A stretch of 64,000 bases of DNA from a virus (lineage: Duplodnaviria; Heunggongvirae; Uroviricota; Caudoviricetes). Both the position numbers and the translations under genes were made by a program. Positions 9,916 to 19,107 of the stretch are shown here, in pieces (position 1 is the stretch's first letter; every line of letters begins with the position of its first letter). The notes under the pieces were generated by a model. The model saw only the letters and a list, made by a program, of their open reading frames with translations, had not been told where the DNA came from and did not search any database. The stretch lies in IMG/VR virus record IMGVR_UViG_3300023118_000008, positions 28,188 through 92,187 of that record; one strand, written 5' to 3'.

Positions 9916-10134
9916 ATGAACTACGAAGAAGCAAGAGAGAAAGCTCTTAAAGTTAAATGGAGGACTGAAGTTTGTAATTCAGGAGAAGATTGTTGGTGCA
10001 GAATAATAACTACTGAAACACCTATAATTCATAATAATAATGAAGAATATTATATTATTGGGGAAGGTTCGGTATCTGAAATAGAGGCACATCATATAGT
10101 AGAATTGCATAACAAAAGTTTAATTGAGAAATAG
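9916..10134 (+). CDS. hypothetical protein
   Basis: Small ORF on the coding strand. Confidence 0.35.
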   Translation: MNYEEAREKALKVKWRTEVCNSGEDCWCRIITTETPIIHNNNEEYYIIGEGSVSEIEAHHIVELHNKSLIEK

Positions 10135-10136
10135 AA

Positions 10137-10469
10137 ATGACAGAAAATCAAAAACAGTTAAAGATAGCTTTCAGAAAAGCTGGCGGTTACAAAGTGATGG
10201 AGACTTGGAGTGGCGACATAGCGTATTCAGATCCAAAAAATCTTATTGAAAATAAACAATTTCAAGCTGAATTAAGATACTCAGGTTTTTCAAGAGGCAG
10301 AAGCAGTTTAAACATAGAATGGACAGATGATAGAAACAAAATAATTTACTACTCAGGAATGTCTCTTTTGGATAAGGCTCTTAAAGACGGTAGAATAAAC
10401 GGAGACAAATTAAAATCTGATTTCTGTTTCAAGAAACAAGGTACGGCAATATTATTAGAAGAGGTATGA
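10137..10469 (+). CDS. hypothetical protein
   Basis: ORF whose start abuts the preceding stop. Confidence 0.4.
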   Translation: MTENQKQLKIAFRKAGGYKVMETWSGDIAYSDPKNLIENKQFQAELRYSGFSRGRSSLNIEWTDDRNKIIYYSGMSLLDKALKDGRINGDKLKSDFCFKKQGTAILLEEV

Positions 10470-11017
10470 AATGGAAAATAAAAGAAGATAGATTTAATAT
10501 CTACATTCCTATGTTTAAAGAAAAATGGTATAAACGTTATAAATATTTATCAAAACAAAATGGTGAGTATATAATCCATAAATCATTTGATAGCTATTGG
10601 GCAGATTCAAGAGTAGAGTTAATAAGTTTTAAGTGGGATGCTCTGAATCTAATAGAAGAATTTGTAAAATCGCGAGAAAAAAGTAAAACAATGTATAGAA
10701 AATTAAAAAGAACTTGGTCTCATAACGACCTAAATTATATCCCAAGATTTAAGGAACAGTTTCCTGAATTGGATAAAGTAAACAGCGAAGAATTGTGTGA
10801 TAGGTTTATAGCCTTGAAGATGGATTTCTATTGTGAAGAAAAAGCTCCTGTAAATTTTTGGATGAGGCTAACCCTGCCGTTTGCTATTTTGACTATGATT
10901 TTGATGTTTCTTTTATTACCTATTAATTTCTTGTTCACGGGGAATTGGGGATATAATTTTGAAAAGAGGTATTTGATTTTGTTGAATTGGTTTAGGGCTT
11001 TGAGAATAAGCTTTTAA
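10466..11017 (+). CDS. hypothetical protein with C-terminal transmembrane segment
   Basis: Hydrophobic stretch LTLPFAILTMILMFLLLPINFLF. Confidence 0.4.
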   Translation: MKWKIKEDRFNIYIPMFKEKWYKRYKYLSKQNGEYIIHKSFDSYWADSRVELISFKWDALNLIEEFVKSREKSKTMYRKLKRTWSHNDLNYIPRFKEQFPELDKVNSEELCDRFIALKMDFYCEEKAPVNFWMRLTLPFAILTMILMFLLLPINFLFTGNWGYNFEKRYLILLNWFRALRISF

Positions 11018-11019
11018 AC

Positions 11020-11214
11020 ATGGTAAATAAAAAAATGTACTACTATGCAGGGTACGATATGTTGCATAGAGAGACCAAAATAAAAAATTTTTACTGGGAC
11101 ACTAGAGAGAATATTTTCAATTATTTAAAATCTATAGCTGAGTTTCATCCAGGGACAACAGAAGAAGAGATAAATGAGCATATTAACTTAATGTTTGAAA
11201 CTTATACAAAATAA
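11020..11214 (+). CDS. hypothetical protein
   Basis: Small ORF on the coding strand. Confidence 0.35.
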   Translation: MVNKKMYYYAGYDMLHRETKIKNFYWDTRENIFNYLKSIAEFHPGTTEEEINEHINLMFETYTK

Positions 11215-11527
11215 AAATCTCGAGAAAAGAGAAACTAAAATGAAAATATACTTTAAAGGAGATAGTGGTATAAAACAACCTTTTGATATGGACGGCTTAG
11301 TAATAAAAGAAGGTGACATACTAACAAGGGATTACGGAGATAATGAAAAATATAATTTACGTATAGGAGAAAATGACTCAACTGAACCATTCTATAGTGT
11401 AAAGAAAAATGAAAAAGGAGGATATTTTGCAGAATCAATAAAACCTTATGAATGCTTTTTAGGAGAAGATAAATACTTCTTCTTGCATGATTTTAGGTTT
11501 AAATTCTGTAAAAATGTTTCAGTTTAA
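11195..11527 (+). CDS. hypothetical protein
   Basis: ORF on the coding strand. Confidence 0.35.
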   Translation: MKLIQNKNLEKRETKMKIYFKGDSGIKQPFDMDGLVIKEGDILTRDYGDNEKYNLRIGENDSTEPFYSVKKNEKGGYFAESIKPYECFLGEDKYFFLHDFRFKFCKNVSV

Positions 11528-11861
11528 ATATCGCGGGGAAAAGATGAAAATAAAAGAATTAAGATTAGGAAATCTACTACTAAGAAACAATAGAACAGAA
11601 ACAGTAAATAGGCTAAGCACCACTAGGATAAACAAGAACATAGCTTCGGAATATCAAGGAATAGAGATAACTAAAGACTGGCTTTTAAAATATAACTTCG
11701 TTCTTTTTAGTAGCGATTACTATACCTTAGAAGATATTATATCTTTCAGCAAAGACTTATCAAAGATATTTATACTGACCGATAATACAGTGGAACCAAT
11801 AAAATATATACATGAGCTACAGAATTTGTATTACAGCTTAAAAAGAAAAGAGTTAATTTAA
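11487..11861 (+). CDS. hypothetical protein (probable true start at the internal ATG near 11545, MKIKELRL)
   Basis: ORF on the coding strand. Confidence 0.35.
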   Translation: MILGLNSVKMFQFKYRGEKMKIKELRLGNLLLRNNRTETVNRLSTTRINKNIASEYQGIEITKDWLLKYNFVLFSSDYYTLEDIISFSKDLSKIFILTDNTVEPIKYIHELQNLYYSLKRKELI

Positions 11862-11891
11862 AAAATCGGCGGGGAAGAAAACTAAAAATAA
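11861..11891 (+). promoter_or_regulatory. Recurrent motif copy (aaaaatCGGCGGggaagaaaactaaaaataa) immediately 5' of the ATG at 11892
   Basis: Motif family. Confidence 0.5.
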
Positions 11892-12191
11892 ATGAAATCA
11901 ATATACATAATAACATACTCTAAAGGCCAATACGACGATTATAGAGAAACAGTCTTAGATACTTGCTATACTCAAAGAGAATATGCAATAGAAGGACAAA
12001 AACAGTTTGAAGAAGACTATCTTAAGCCAATAGAGAACCCTTGGGAAGATTTTCAAGAATACTATGAAACAGAGGATATAGTTAAATGGGACGAAGATAA
12101 GTATGAACTCTATGATAAATGGAGAGATGAAACTAACAGGGTATCAAGCTATAACCACTCTTGGATAACGGAGTTGAAATTAGCTCTTTAG
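11892..12191 (+). CDS. hypothetical protein
   Basis: ORF directly preceded by a motif copy. Confidence 0.45.
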   Translation: MKSIYIITYSKGQYDDYRETVLDTCYTQREYAIEGQKQFEEDYLKPIENPWEDFQEYYETEDIVKWDEDKYELYDKWRDETNRVSSYNHSWITELKLAL

Positions 12192-12302
12192 AGACACGAT
12201 AATCTTATAAGTAGTATATTTCTATCAAATTAAATAAAAAGTACCTTAAAACTAATATAAATAGCTAAGGTGATTAATTTACACATATAATACAATCAAT
12301 TT

Positions 12303-12322
12303 TAAATTCGCCGCGAAAAAGA
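12303..12322 (+). promoter_or_regulatory. Recurrent motif copy (aaattCGCCGCGaaaaagaATG)
   Basis: Motif family; the downstream gene's start codon overlaps the motif tail. Confidence 0.45.
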
Positions 12323-12664
12323 ATGAAACAAGAAATAAAAAACCTACTACAAGAGTATAAATTAAAAACAGTAGAAGAATCAGAAGAAGATATAACTTTT
12401 AAGATTAAAAAAATATCAGTGGCACTTCAAATAGAAGAAGACGACTATGCCCAAATATGGATAAGCGGTGTAGAAGGTACAGACTTACCTTGGGAGTATT
12501 ATGACCACACCCTACTTTATGGTGACATAGATGAGATAGAAAGTTTTATAGTGGCTGTAATTGATGGCGAGTACAATTACATAGGAGAGCTTTATAAGAA
12601 TTTAGAAAAACTTCAAGAAAAGTATTCTGAGAATTTTGATAATATGGTAGAGTACTTCATTTAA
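12323..12664 (+). CDS. hypothetical acidic protein
   Basis: ORF directly preceded by a motif copy. Confidence 0.45.
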   Translation: MKQEIKNLLQEYKLKTVEESEEDITFKIKKISVALQIEEDDYAQIWISGVEGTDLPWEYYDHTLLYGDIDEIESFIVAVIDGEYNYIGELYKNLEKLQEKYSENFDNMVEYFI

Positions 12665-12908
12665 ATTCTCAGTTTGAAAAAATTTATTGAGAGTGGTTTT
12701 GTAGGAAATGACCTATACTCAACCCGTTTACCAGATGGCCGACTTTTTACCTGCCACGGGGGTCTTCTATCTCAAAACTATTTTCGAGCCTTAGAAGCCA
12801 AAAAGTTTCAAACTCAGAAAAAGTGCTTTAGTTAGTTACTGTCTTAGTTACCTTACTACTTGTTTATGTTTACTTTTAACTGTTGTTGTAATCTTATGTG
12901 TTTACTTT

Positions 12909-12932
12909 TTAGTTTTCTTTTTGCGCGATTTG
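12909..12932 (-). promoter_or_regulatory. Recurrent motif copy in reverse orientation (reverse complement aaatcgcgcaaaaagaaaactaaaaag)
   Basis: Motif family; lies in the 1.1-kb gene-free region. Confidence 0.4.
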
Positions 12933-13183
12933 TATATAATTATTTACGTTTTAAATGGTTTTGTCTAATATAATGTACGTGCATGCGCGTTATACGAAAT
13001 TCTTTTTTAATATCCTATTTTTATTTTAATTATTTTATTCTTTACTTTGTACTGTTGTTAGTCAACAAGGTTCTTTTGAGGTATTGAAATTAATTATAAA
13101 CTTTAACATATTTAGTTATTGTTTATTCGATTAAGTTCCTTATCTTTGTAATGTATTAGTTGAGCAGTTCTTTTTTATCCTTT

Positions 13184-13207
13184 GTTTAGTTTTCTTTCCC
13201 GCCGATT
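13184..13207 (-). promoter_or_regulatory. Recurrent motif copy in reverse orientation (reverse complement aatcggcgggaaagaaaactaaac)
   Basis: Motif family; lies in the gene-free region. Confidence 0.4.
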
Positions 13208-13500
13208 AAAAGGCTTGAAAAATTTAACAAAATAAATTAGGTTATTAGATTTAAGTTGCTTACCTTTACAAAAGAATTATAATACAGTCCTTTGAAATTG
13301 TGTGTAAAAAGTTAACAAGCGTTAAGCCTCCTATTTTAGATAGTTGGGACGTGATTAAGGTTAACAGTCGTATTTATCATTTCTTGCGACTTTAAAGAAT
13401 GATTTGATATTGGTATTAGGTTATTATCTTGCCAATTAAAATAACGAATATAACCCAAATTTTATCGAAAATTAAGGGCAAATTTAAATTTGCTTTTCAT

Positions 13501-13524
13501 TCCCTATTTAGTAGGGATTTTTTA
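13501..13524 (+). terminator. Rho-independent terminator (TCCCTA-TTTAG-TAGGGA followed by TTTTTT)
   Basis: Hairpin plus T-run inside the gene-free region. Confidence 0.6.
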
Positions 13525-13629
13525 TATCTTATTAATTCTTTTTTGTCGGCGAAATGCGGGAAAAGAAAACAAAGCCGTTCAATATAGTTGTGGCTATTCG
13601 ATTAGCAAACGGCACTAAAACTTATCAGT

Positions 13630-13755
13630 ATGAAAAAAGTATTTCAAAAAATCGCAATTATATTAGTAATCAGTATTACAATAGGTTTTGTAGCCTGTGC
13701 AGTTAATACAATAAACGAATATAATAAAATGTTTTCCCTTGTTCACGGGAAGTAA
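13630..13755 (+). CDS. small hydrophobic peptide (41 aa; MKKVFQKIAIILVISITIGFVACAV...)
   Basis: Short ORF with a signal/TM-like N-terminus. Confidence 0.3.
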   Translation: MKKVFQKIAIILVISITIGFVACAVNTINEYNKMFSLVHGK

Positions 13756-13781
13756 AAATAAACAATTTAAAACTTATAGTT

Positions 13782-14054
13782 ATGTACACAATCACAGAAA
13801 CAAAAACAAAGTTAGAGAAAAAAGCGGGAACAAAAAACGCTTATAAAGAAATTACTAAAGAAGTTAAAGAGGTAACAGAAGAGCAACACCGACTAACTAC
13901 AAATGACGATACTGTTAAATGGTTCAGACGTTTAGGAGGTTCTGAAACTGTTACACGTGGCTATACTTATGCGGGTTATGTGGTTGTTAAGCTTGTTTCA
14001 ACTTCGCCCGATAAAGAAAGTAAAACCATAAGAGAATACAAATTTAAAAAGTAA
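13782..14054 (+). CDS. hypothetical protein
   Basis: ORF on the coding strand. Confidence 0.45.
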   Translation: MYTITETKTKLEKKAGTKNAYKEITKEVKEVTEEQHRLTTNDDTVKWFRRLGGSETVTRGYTYAGYVVVKLVSTSPDKESKTIREYKFKK

Positions 14055-14250
14055 AAGTTATGAACTACTTTGTAACAGTTGGTGGTATTACTATATTTAA
14101 TAATTTAAGTAAAGACAAAGCTATTGAGGCGGCTATTAATAATAACCAATCAAATACAGGCATTGGGCATTTTAAAATGAAAAACGGCAAAAAAGTATAT
14201 ACTTTACTACCTTTACACTTTTATTTAGACTAACTCTAATAAACAATATT

Positions 14251-14466
14251 ATGACAAAGCAACAATTTGACCAGGAATTTAAAATGAATGATTTGCACGA
14301 AATAGCAAAACAGTATGAAAGAGATGGTATACCAGACAGACCAGCAAGACGTGAAGCCTACAACAATAAAGTAGATCATTACCAAAGAGAGGGTTTAATT
14401 ACGGAAGACGATGCAAACGAATGGTGTATTACTGATTCATTAGAAACAACTTTATATTGGTTATAA
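14251..14466 (+). CDS. hypothetical protein
   Basis: Small ORF on the coding strand. Confidence 0.45.
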   Translation: MTKQQFDQEFKMNDLHEIAKQYERDGIPDRPARREAYNNKVDHYQREGLITEDDANEWCITDSLETTLYWL

Positions 14467-14493
14467 ATTTCGCGGAAAAAGAATTAAAAACAG
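14466..14493 (+). promoter_or_regulatory. Recurrent motif copy (aatttCGCGGaaaaagaattaaaaacag), 7 bp before the ATG at 14501
   Basis: Near-consensus copy of the motif family. Confidence 0.55.
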
Positions 14494-14500
14494 TTTAAAA

Positions 14501-14641
14501 ATGAAAACAATCTATAACAAATACATTCGTAACAATTGGTTTTGGATTAACAGAGAAGTATTAACAGTACTAGCTTTAATCGTAATAGCTTTTATTGCAG
14601 TCTTGGGAACTTTGGAAATACTAATTGATAAAATATAATAC
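14501..14641 (+). CDS. small membrane peptide (46 aa)
   Basis: Short ORF directly downstream of a motif copy; hydrophobic core ALIVIAFIAVLGTL. Confidence 0.35.
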
Positions 14642-14642
14642 T

Positions 14643-14891
14643 ATGGAAACTTTGAATAACTTACACGCTTTGGAAGTATCATTTATTGCACCAACCAATA
14701 CAAGGGGCGGGCGAATAAAAATAAAAAGCAATCGTTTTAAACAGTCAATAATAACAGGCTTTAAAGATGACGCTTATACTTATGAAGCGGGGCAAAGATG
14801 GCTATTAGATAACGGCTTTGAGTTAGTGACGCAAGCTGAAGGCAAGGACTGTTATATCATTTTATCAACAACATTTAAACCTTTGAAATAA
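14643..14891 (+). CDS. hypothetical protein (the track starts at a TTG at 14625; the ATG at 14643 is more likely)
   Basis: ORF on the coding strand. Confidence 0.45.
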   Translation: METLNNLHALEVSFIAPTNTRGGRIKIKSNRFKQSIITGFKDDAYTYEAGQRWLLDNGFELVTQAEGKDCYIILSTTFKPLK

Positions 14892-15091
14892 TGGCAAAGA
14901 AAATTTCTAATGAAAGTTACGAGGTTCTAATATCCTCGGGACATTGTGTACCTAGATTAGGTCAAGGATTAGATAACATTGTTCCCTTTAAAGTCGGTGG
15001 TGAATATAAAGTAACGGGAGAGAGTAAGCAATTAGAAGTTTGGGTAAGATGTACACAAAACTGTCCTTACCACTTAAGACTGATTGAATAA
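14891..15091 (+). CDS. hypothetical protein
   Basis: ORF whose start abuts the preceding stop. Confidence 0.45.
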   Translation: MAKKISNESYEVLISSGHCVPRLGQGLDNIVPFKVGGEYKVTGESKQLEVWVRCTQNCPYHLRLIE

Positions 15092-15118
15092 ACCGCCGAA
15101 AAGAAAAATTAAAAACAA
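15091..15118 (+). promoter_or_regulatory. Recurrent motif copy (aaCCGCCGaaaagaaaaattaaaaacaa)
   Basis: Motif family, directly 5' of the ATG at 15119. Confidence 0.5.
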
Positions 15119-15262
15119 ATGACACTAAAGCAAACAGTATCAGAAATAAAAGGCTATGAAGTAACAGAAGGACAGGCAAGACTATTTGCATCCGAACAGT
15201 ATGGAGTTCTAGCCACCTACATAAGAAACAAGCTATTAGAAAATTTAAAAATACCGAAGTAA
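15119..15262 (+). CDS. small hypothetical protein (47 aa)
   Basis: Short ORF directly downstream of a motif copy. Confidence 0.35.
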   Translation: MTLKQTVSEIKGYEVTEGQARLFASEQYGVLATYIRNKLLENLKIPK

Positions 15263-15264
15263 TT

Positions 15265-15480
15265 ATGGAAAATCTAACAGAAGAATCAAAATGTTTTGTT
15301 ACATATTTTATGAATAACAGAGTGCAAAGTCGGATTTTTAAAAACGACGATAAGTTATCTAAAAAATTAGAGGGTATAGAATCAGCTATTAGAGAAGGAT
15401 ATTTAAGAACTCTTAACTTATTAGATGGGAGTGTGAGAGTATCAGCAACTATTAAATTAAGTACTCTTTATACCTTTTAA
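15265..15480 (+). CDS. hypothetical protein
   Basis: Small ORF on the coding strand. Confidence 0.4.
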   Translation: MENLTEESKCFVTYFMNNRVQSRIFKNDDKLSKKLEGIESAIREGYLRTLNLLDGSVRVSATIKLSTLYTF

Positions 15481-15493
15481 AATCGGCAAAAAG

Positions 15494-15679
15494 ATGAAAA
15501 CACTAATAGCAACCAGGCAAAGAAACAGCTCTAACTATGTAACAACAGTATTTAAGTTAGATGACAAAGTTAAAGCTATATTCGATAGTAGATTAAGACA
15601 GCCCAGGAAAGGTTTAAAAACAATCACAATCAACTGCAATAAATACTTAATCAATTGGGATAACTGCCCTAAAATATAA
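15494..15679 (+). CDS. hypothetical protein
   Basis: Small ORF preceded by a degenerate motif (aaatcggcaaaaag). Confidence 0.4.
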   Translation: MKTLIATRQRNSSNYVTTVFKLDDKVKAIFDSRLRQPRKGLKTITINCNKYLINWDNCPKI

Positions 15680-15824
15680 AAGGCTATGGAAAAGACTTAT
15701 GAATTATTAAAGTTATTAGTAGTAAGAGGTTGTTTTAAAACAGATAGAGATTATAATATCGCTTTAAAAACTTTTGAAGAGATTACGGGAGAATCTTATG
15801 AAGAATTAGTAGATTCGGAGGTAT

Positions 15825-15862
15825 AAAAATCGGCGGGAGAAAAACTTTTAAACAAAAACAGC
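15825..15862 (+). promoter_or_regulatory. Recurrent motif copy (aaaaatCGGCGGgagaaaaacttttaaacaaaaacagc)
   Basis: Motif family, directly 5' of the ATG at 15863. Confidence 0.5.
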
Positions 15863-16192
15863 ATGAACACAACAGTAGAAAATAATAAGCTAATTGCTGA
15901 ATTTATGGAAGACGTAAACAAGCTATTACATAATAACATTTTCATATCACCGTATCAATATCATTCTGATTGGAATGTTTTACTAGAGGTAGTAGAGAAG
16001 ATTGAAAGCTTTGAAGACGAAAACAGACAAGCAAAGTATAATTTTCAGATAGAACAAAGCTTTGTTTCAATAATTGACAATAATACAAGCGACTTTATTT
16101 TCGATGGAGATGCAGACACCAAAAAAGAAGCCGTTTACAATGCAGTAGTAGAGTTTATTAAGTTCTATAATTCGGCGCAAAAAGAAAACTAA
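15863..16192 (+). CDS. hypothetical protein
   Basis: ORF directly downstream of a motif copy. Confidence 0.45.
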   Translation: MNTTVENNKLIAEFMEDVNKLLHNNIFISPYQYHSDWNVLLEVVEKIESFEDENRQAKYNFQIEQSFVSIIDNNTSDFIFDGDADTKKEAVYNAVVEFIKFYNSAQKEN

Positions 16193-16213
16193 ACAAAGTA
16201 AATAAAAACAGCT
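16171..16213 (+). promoter_or_regulatory. Recurrent motif copy (ttCGGCGCaaaaagaaaactaaacaaag...) overlapping the 3' end of the upstream gene
   Basis: Motif family. Confidence 0.5.
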
Positions 16214-16480
16214 ATGAAAAATATACAGTTCAATTCATATAAAAACCATAATCCCCATTGTGATATAATGCAAGCTAACCTAGACAAAGATACTTTAATA
16301 ACTTGGGGCGTGCATCTTGATAGCGGCATGGAGTTTTCAGAAGTATATGCAGGGAAAAACTATGTAATAGGAAGTTCTAAAAACAACTATAGTAGATACT
16401 ATCTGATAAATGACGTTCCCGAAAAATATAAATGCCACATAAAAGAATTAAAGCAAATATATAAAGAACAGTTAGGATAA
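16214..16480 (+). CDS. hypothetical protein
   Basis: ORF on the coding strand. Confidence 0.45.
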   Translation: MKNIQFNSYKNHNPHCDIMQANLDKDTLITWGVHLDSGMEFSEVYAGKNYVIGSSKNNYSRYYLINDVPEKYKCHIKELKQIYKEQLG

Positions 16481-16534
16481 TTCAAATATTAATTCTATAT
16501 TTGCGCTTTAATCATTAACTCATATAACAAGCTT

Positions 16535-16753
16535 ATGAATTATTATGTAATAATCAGTACAAATGGAGAAGTATTTATTAGAAAATTCTTATCAAAGGTG
16601 GAGAATCTGACAGGAATAGGTCAAAATACACTGTCAAAACATTTCAGCATCAAGAAAACGCCGTATAAAAATGATAAATACACAGTTTTTAAGACAAATA
16701 ACGTAGACTTAAAGAGTTTTAATAAAGGAAATAAGTATAATTTCATTATCTAG
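16535..16753 (+). CDS. hypothetical protein
   Basis: Small ORF on the coding strand. Confidence 0.4.
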   Translation: MNYYVIISTNGEVFIRKFLSKVENLTGIGQNTLSKHFSIKKTPYKNDKYTVFKTNNVDLKSFNKGNKYNFII

Positions 16754-16770
16754 CCTAATGAGGTTATGAT

Positions 16771-16787
16771 AAAAATCCGCAAAAGAA
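16771..16787 (+). promoter_or_regulatory. Short motif copy (aaaaatCCGCaaaagaa) abutting the ATG at 16788
   Basis: Motif family. Confidence 0.4.
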
Positions 16788-16925
16788 ATGAAAGAACAGT
16801 TTAAAATAATTAAGGAAGACATAAACATCATCATAGAAGCAATAGAACAGGGAGACGTTAGCGATGCTATAAAAATGCTTGCAGACTTGAGAGAAGATTT
16901 GGGAATTTTAGAGCTAATGTGTTGA
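16788..16925 (+). CDS. small hypothetical protein (45 aa)
   Basis: Short ORF directly downstream of a motif copy. Confidence 0.3.
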   Translation: MKEQFKIIKEDINIIIEAIEQGDVSDAIKMLADLREDLGILELMC

Positions 16926-17100
16926 TTCTAGGGGCTTTAGAGTGGAGGAGAAACCCACCCAACCAAAATCTCTAACCAAAACAAAGCCTAAAAATCCAAT
17001 CCCCAAAGCATATAGACATATCGGGATTTTCCGATATACTTACATTTATTAACTAAAACTCTGAAAGGGGTTATAATTTGAAACTAAAAACTATTACAAT

Positions 17101-17307
17101 ATGAAACAAGGACTTATAAAAGACTATCTATACAAAGAATTATGTATGGACTTTTCGGATAAAGATATAGAACAAATAGAGGTAGTGAATACAGAGGTAA
17201 GGTTTATTATTAGATACTTGGATGGTAGTGTTAGAAGAGATTCTATACAGTTGTTATACTTGTTAGAGTTTATGTATGACTTGACTGTATCTTCTTTTGA
17301 TTATTAA
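17101..17307 (+). CDS. hypothetical protein
   Basis: Small ORF on the coding strand. Confidence 0.4.
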   Translation: MKQGLIKDYLYKELCMDFSDKDIEQIEVVNTEVRFIIRYLDGSVRRDSIQLLYLLEFMYDLTVSSFDY

Positions 17308-17509
17308 CTTTTTCGCGCGGAATTTAGTACTATATGTATATTAATTTAGCAAAGATATATATAGGGTTGTATAAAAAGGACATAAGTAAATAAAATACCC
17401 AATAAACACATTTAAAAACTTGTATTATTATGACAGACAGTATTATATTGATTACAACTCTAAGGGAGAATTAGATCTTATTAAGGTTAGGAAAGAATGT
17501 TATTGTTAA

Positions 17510-17533
17510 GTTTTCTTTCCCGCGGCGGATTTT
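17510..17533 (-). promoter_or_regulatory. Recurrent motif copy in reverse orientation (reverse complement aaaatccgccgcgggaaagaaaac)
   Basis: Motif family. Confidence 0.4.
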
Positions 17534-17595
17534 ATACAAAGTTTAACGCTATTACACCTGCACAAGCTAATACAGTACTTTTAAAGCATTAAAAT

Positions 17596-17889
17596 ATGAA
17601 AAATATAGCAAACCTCGAAAATGAATTAAATGCCCTTAAAAACAACTTAATTATGCAAACATATCAATTCATACACTTGGACGGAAATAAGGAATACAAC
17701 GGCAGAGAGTACTCAAGAGATTTCGAAAGCGAAGTAAAAGCCTTTGAGTACCTATTCCAGAGAAATGAGAGCCAATCCTATTGTTATGGATGCAAAGACC
17801 ATTTTAAAGATAAGACTATTAATAACCGTTATAATACTTTCAGAGGTTCTTTGTCTATTGGAGAGTATTATAGGTTAATGGCTTATTAA
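17596..17889 (+). CDS. hypothetical protein
   Basis: ORF on the coding strand. Confidence 0.45.
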   Translation: MKNIANLENELNALKNNLIMQTYQFIHLDGNKEYNGREYSRDFESEVKAFEYLFQRNESQSYCYGCKDHFKDKTINNRYNTFRGSLSIGEYYRLMAY

Positions 17890-17962
17890 ATCTTTCTTTT
17901 TAACTCTTTTTTGCCGAAATTTAAAAATAATCAGGCTTTTAGCCTTGTAGTAAAAAGACATT

Positions 17963-18175
17963 ATGAAATTTAAAAATACTCAACTAAGGAACGATTTAGA
18001 AAAGCTGTCAGGTTACGATGATTATTGCTATACAGACATTACTACAGACTTTGTAGAAGGTTCAGGATTTGTATTAGACATTAAAGACAGTTCTTATTTC
18101 TATGAGAATATAGAAGACAGGGATTTTGATGATAGATTGATAATGGGAGTTTTGAAAGATAAATTCTTGTTTTAA
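17963..18175 (+). CDS. hypothetical protein
   Basis: ORF preceded by a variant motif (tttgccgaaatttaaaaataa). Confidence 0.45.
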   Translation: MKFKNTQLRNDLEKLSGYDDYCYTDITTDFVEGSGFVLDIKDSSYFYENIEDRDFDDRLIMGVLKDKFLF

Positions 18176-18177
18176 TT

Positions 18178-18212
18178 GTTTTTCCGCGAAATTTAACCTT
18201 TAAACAAACAAC
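18178..18212 (+). promoter_or_regulatory. Variant-B motif (ttttCCGCGaaatttaacctttaaacaaacaac)
   Basis: Palindromic TTTCGCGAAA core followed by an A-rich tail. Confidence 0.4.
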
Positions 18213-18229
18213 ACTAAAAACACAATATT

Positions 18230-18478
18230 ATGAAAATACATTTAACAACAGCAATAGATAAGTACAAAAATCAGTTTGGATATAAACTTCACTTTGTGCC
18301 AGAATTAGGAACGATGGTTAAAACTTTACGTAATGACAGTAAAAAACCAAAAGAAATCCCCTTTGATGAATTAGAAGTACAATCTGTTACGCACTATCCT
18401 GATGGGGTAGTCATATCTCTACATTATTCTGAATTACAAAGAAAACAAGCGGAGGCGTATAAATTAGACTTATTTTAA
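18230..18478 (+). CDS. hypothetical protein
   Basis: ORF whose stop codon (18476-18478) lies inside the transposon target-site duplication. Confidence 0.45.
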   Translation: MKIHLTTAIDKYKNQFGYKLHFVPELGTMVKTLRNDSKKPKEIPFDELEVQSVTHYPDGVVISLHYSELQRKQAEAYKLDLF

Positions 18479-18482
18479 TCTT

Positions 18483-18507
18483 GGTAAGTATACCCACTTT
18501 ACACAAG
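18483..18507. repeat. Left terminal inverted repeat of the transposon (25 bp)
   Basis: Exact reverse complement of 23482-23506. Confidence 0.85.
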
Positions 18508-18524
18508 CTTAAATCAAAAACTTA

Positions 18525-18552
18525 AAGACACTTTTAATAGGTGTCTTTTTTA
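18525..18552 (+). terminator. Hairpin plus T-run (AGACAC-TTTTAATAG-GTGTC-TTTTTT) just inside the left terminal repeat
   Basis: Perfect 6-bp stem followed by T6. Confidence 0.5.
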
Positions 18553-18638
18553 ATTTACGGAAATTATGGAAAAAGACGATAAAGATTTAAAATTGATAAC
18601 ATCAGTGTTTATATTAGCCTTCACCGCCATCATGCTTT

Positions 18639-19082
18639 TTATACCTGTTTTTTTATTTGTTTTATATATTGGTATACCACTATTAGACAAGATAGAGCTG
18701 CCGCCGTTGCCCAAAAAATAAAAACACCTCGAAGATATTTAGTGAAACTTACACTGTAATAATAGCCAATACACATGCTGATGCTTTTGATAATCAAAGA
18801 GACTATTAGATAAATCTCTACTCTGATAAGAAGGAGTTGAGTTACAAATCTTGATTTGAGTAGTAATTTTTCAAGCAATAATAAAAGAATAAAACTTAGT
18901 ATGAAATACATAAGTGATAAGCAAAACAGCAAGGAAACTAACAAAATAAATGACTCTTTTAACAATGAAGGCTTAAAGAGGTAAAAAGAAACAACCCAAA
19001 AACAAGCTATAAAAGCAATATAAAGTATGTTTTTAAAAGTTTCTTTACTTAACTTCTCAACAAATTTATCTACCATGTTCAT
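18639..19082 (-). CDS. transposon cargo: polytopic membrane protein (about 4 TM)
   Basis: 147-aa ORF with several long hydrophobic stretches. Confidence 0.5.
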   Translation of the reverse strand: MNMVDKFVEKLSKETFKNILYIAFIACFWVVSFYLFKPSLLKESFILLVSLLFCLSLMYFILSFILLLLLEKLLLKSRFVTQLLLIRVEIYLIVSLIIKSISMCIGYYYSVSFTKYLRGVFIFWATAAALSCLIVVYQYIKQIKKQV

Positions 19083-19107
19083 CTATCTAAATTTTACAAT
19101 AGCCTGA

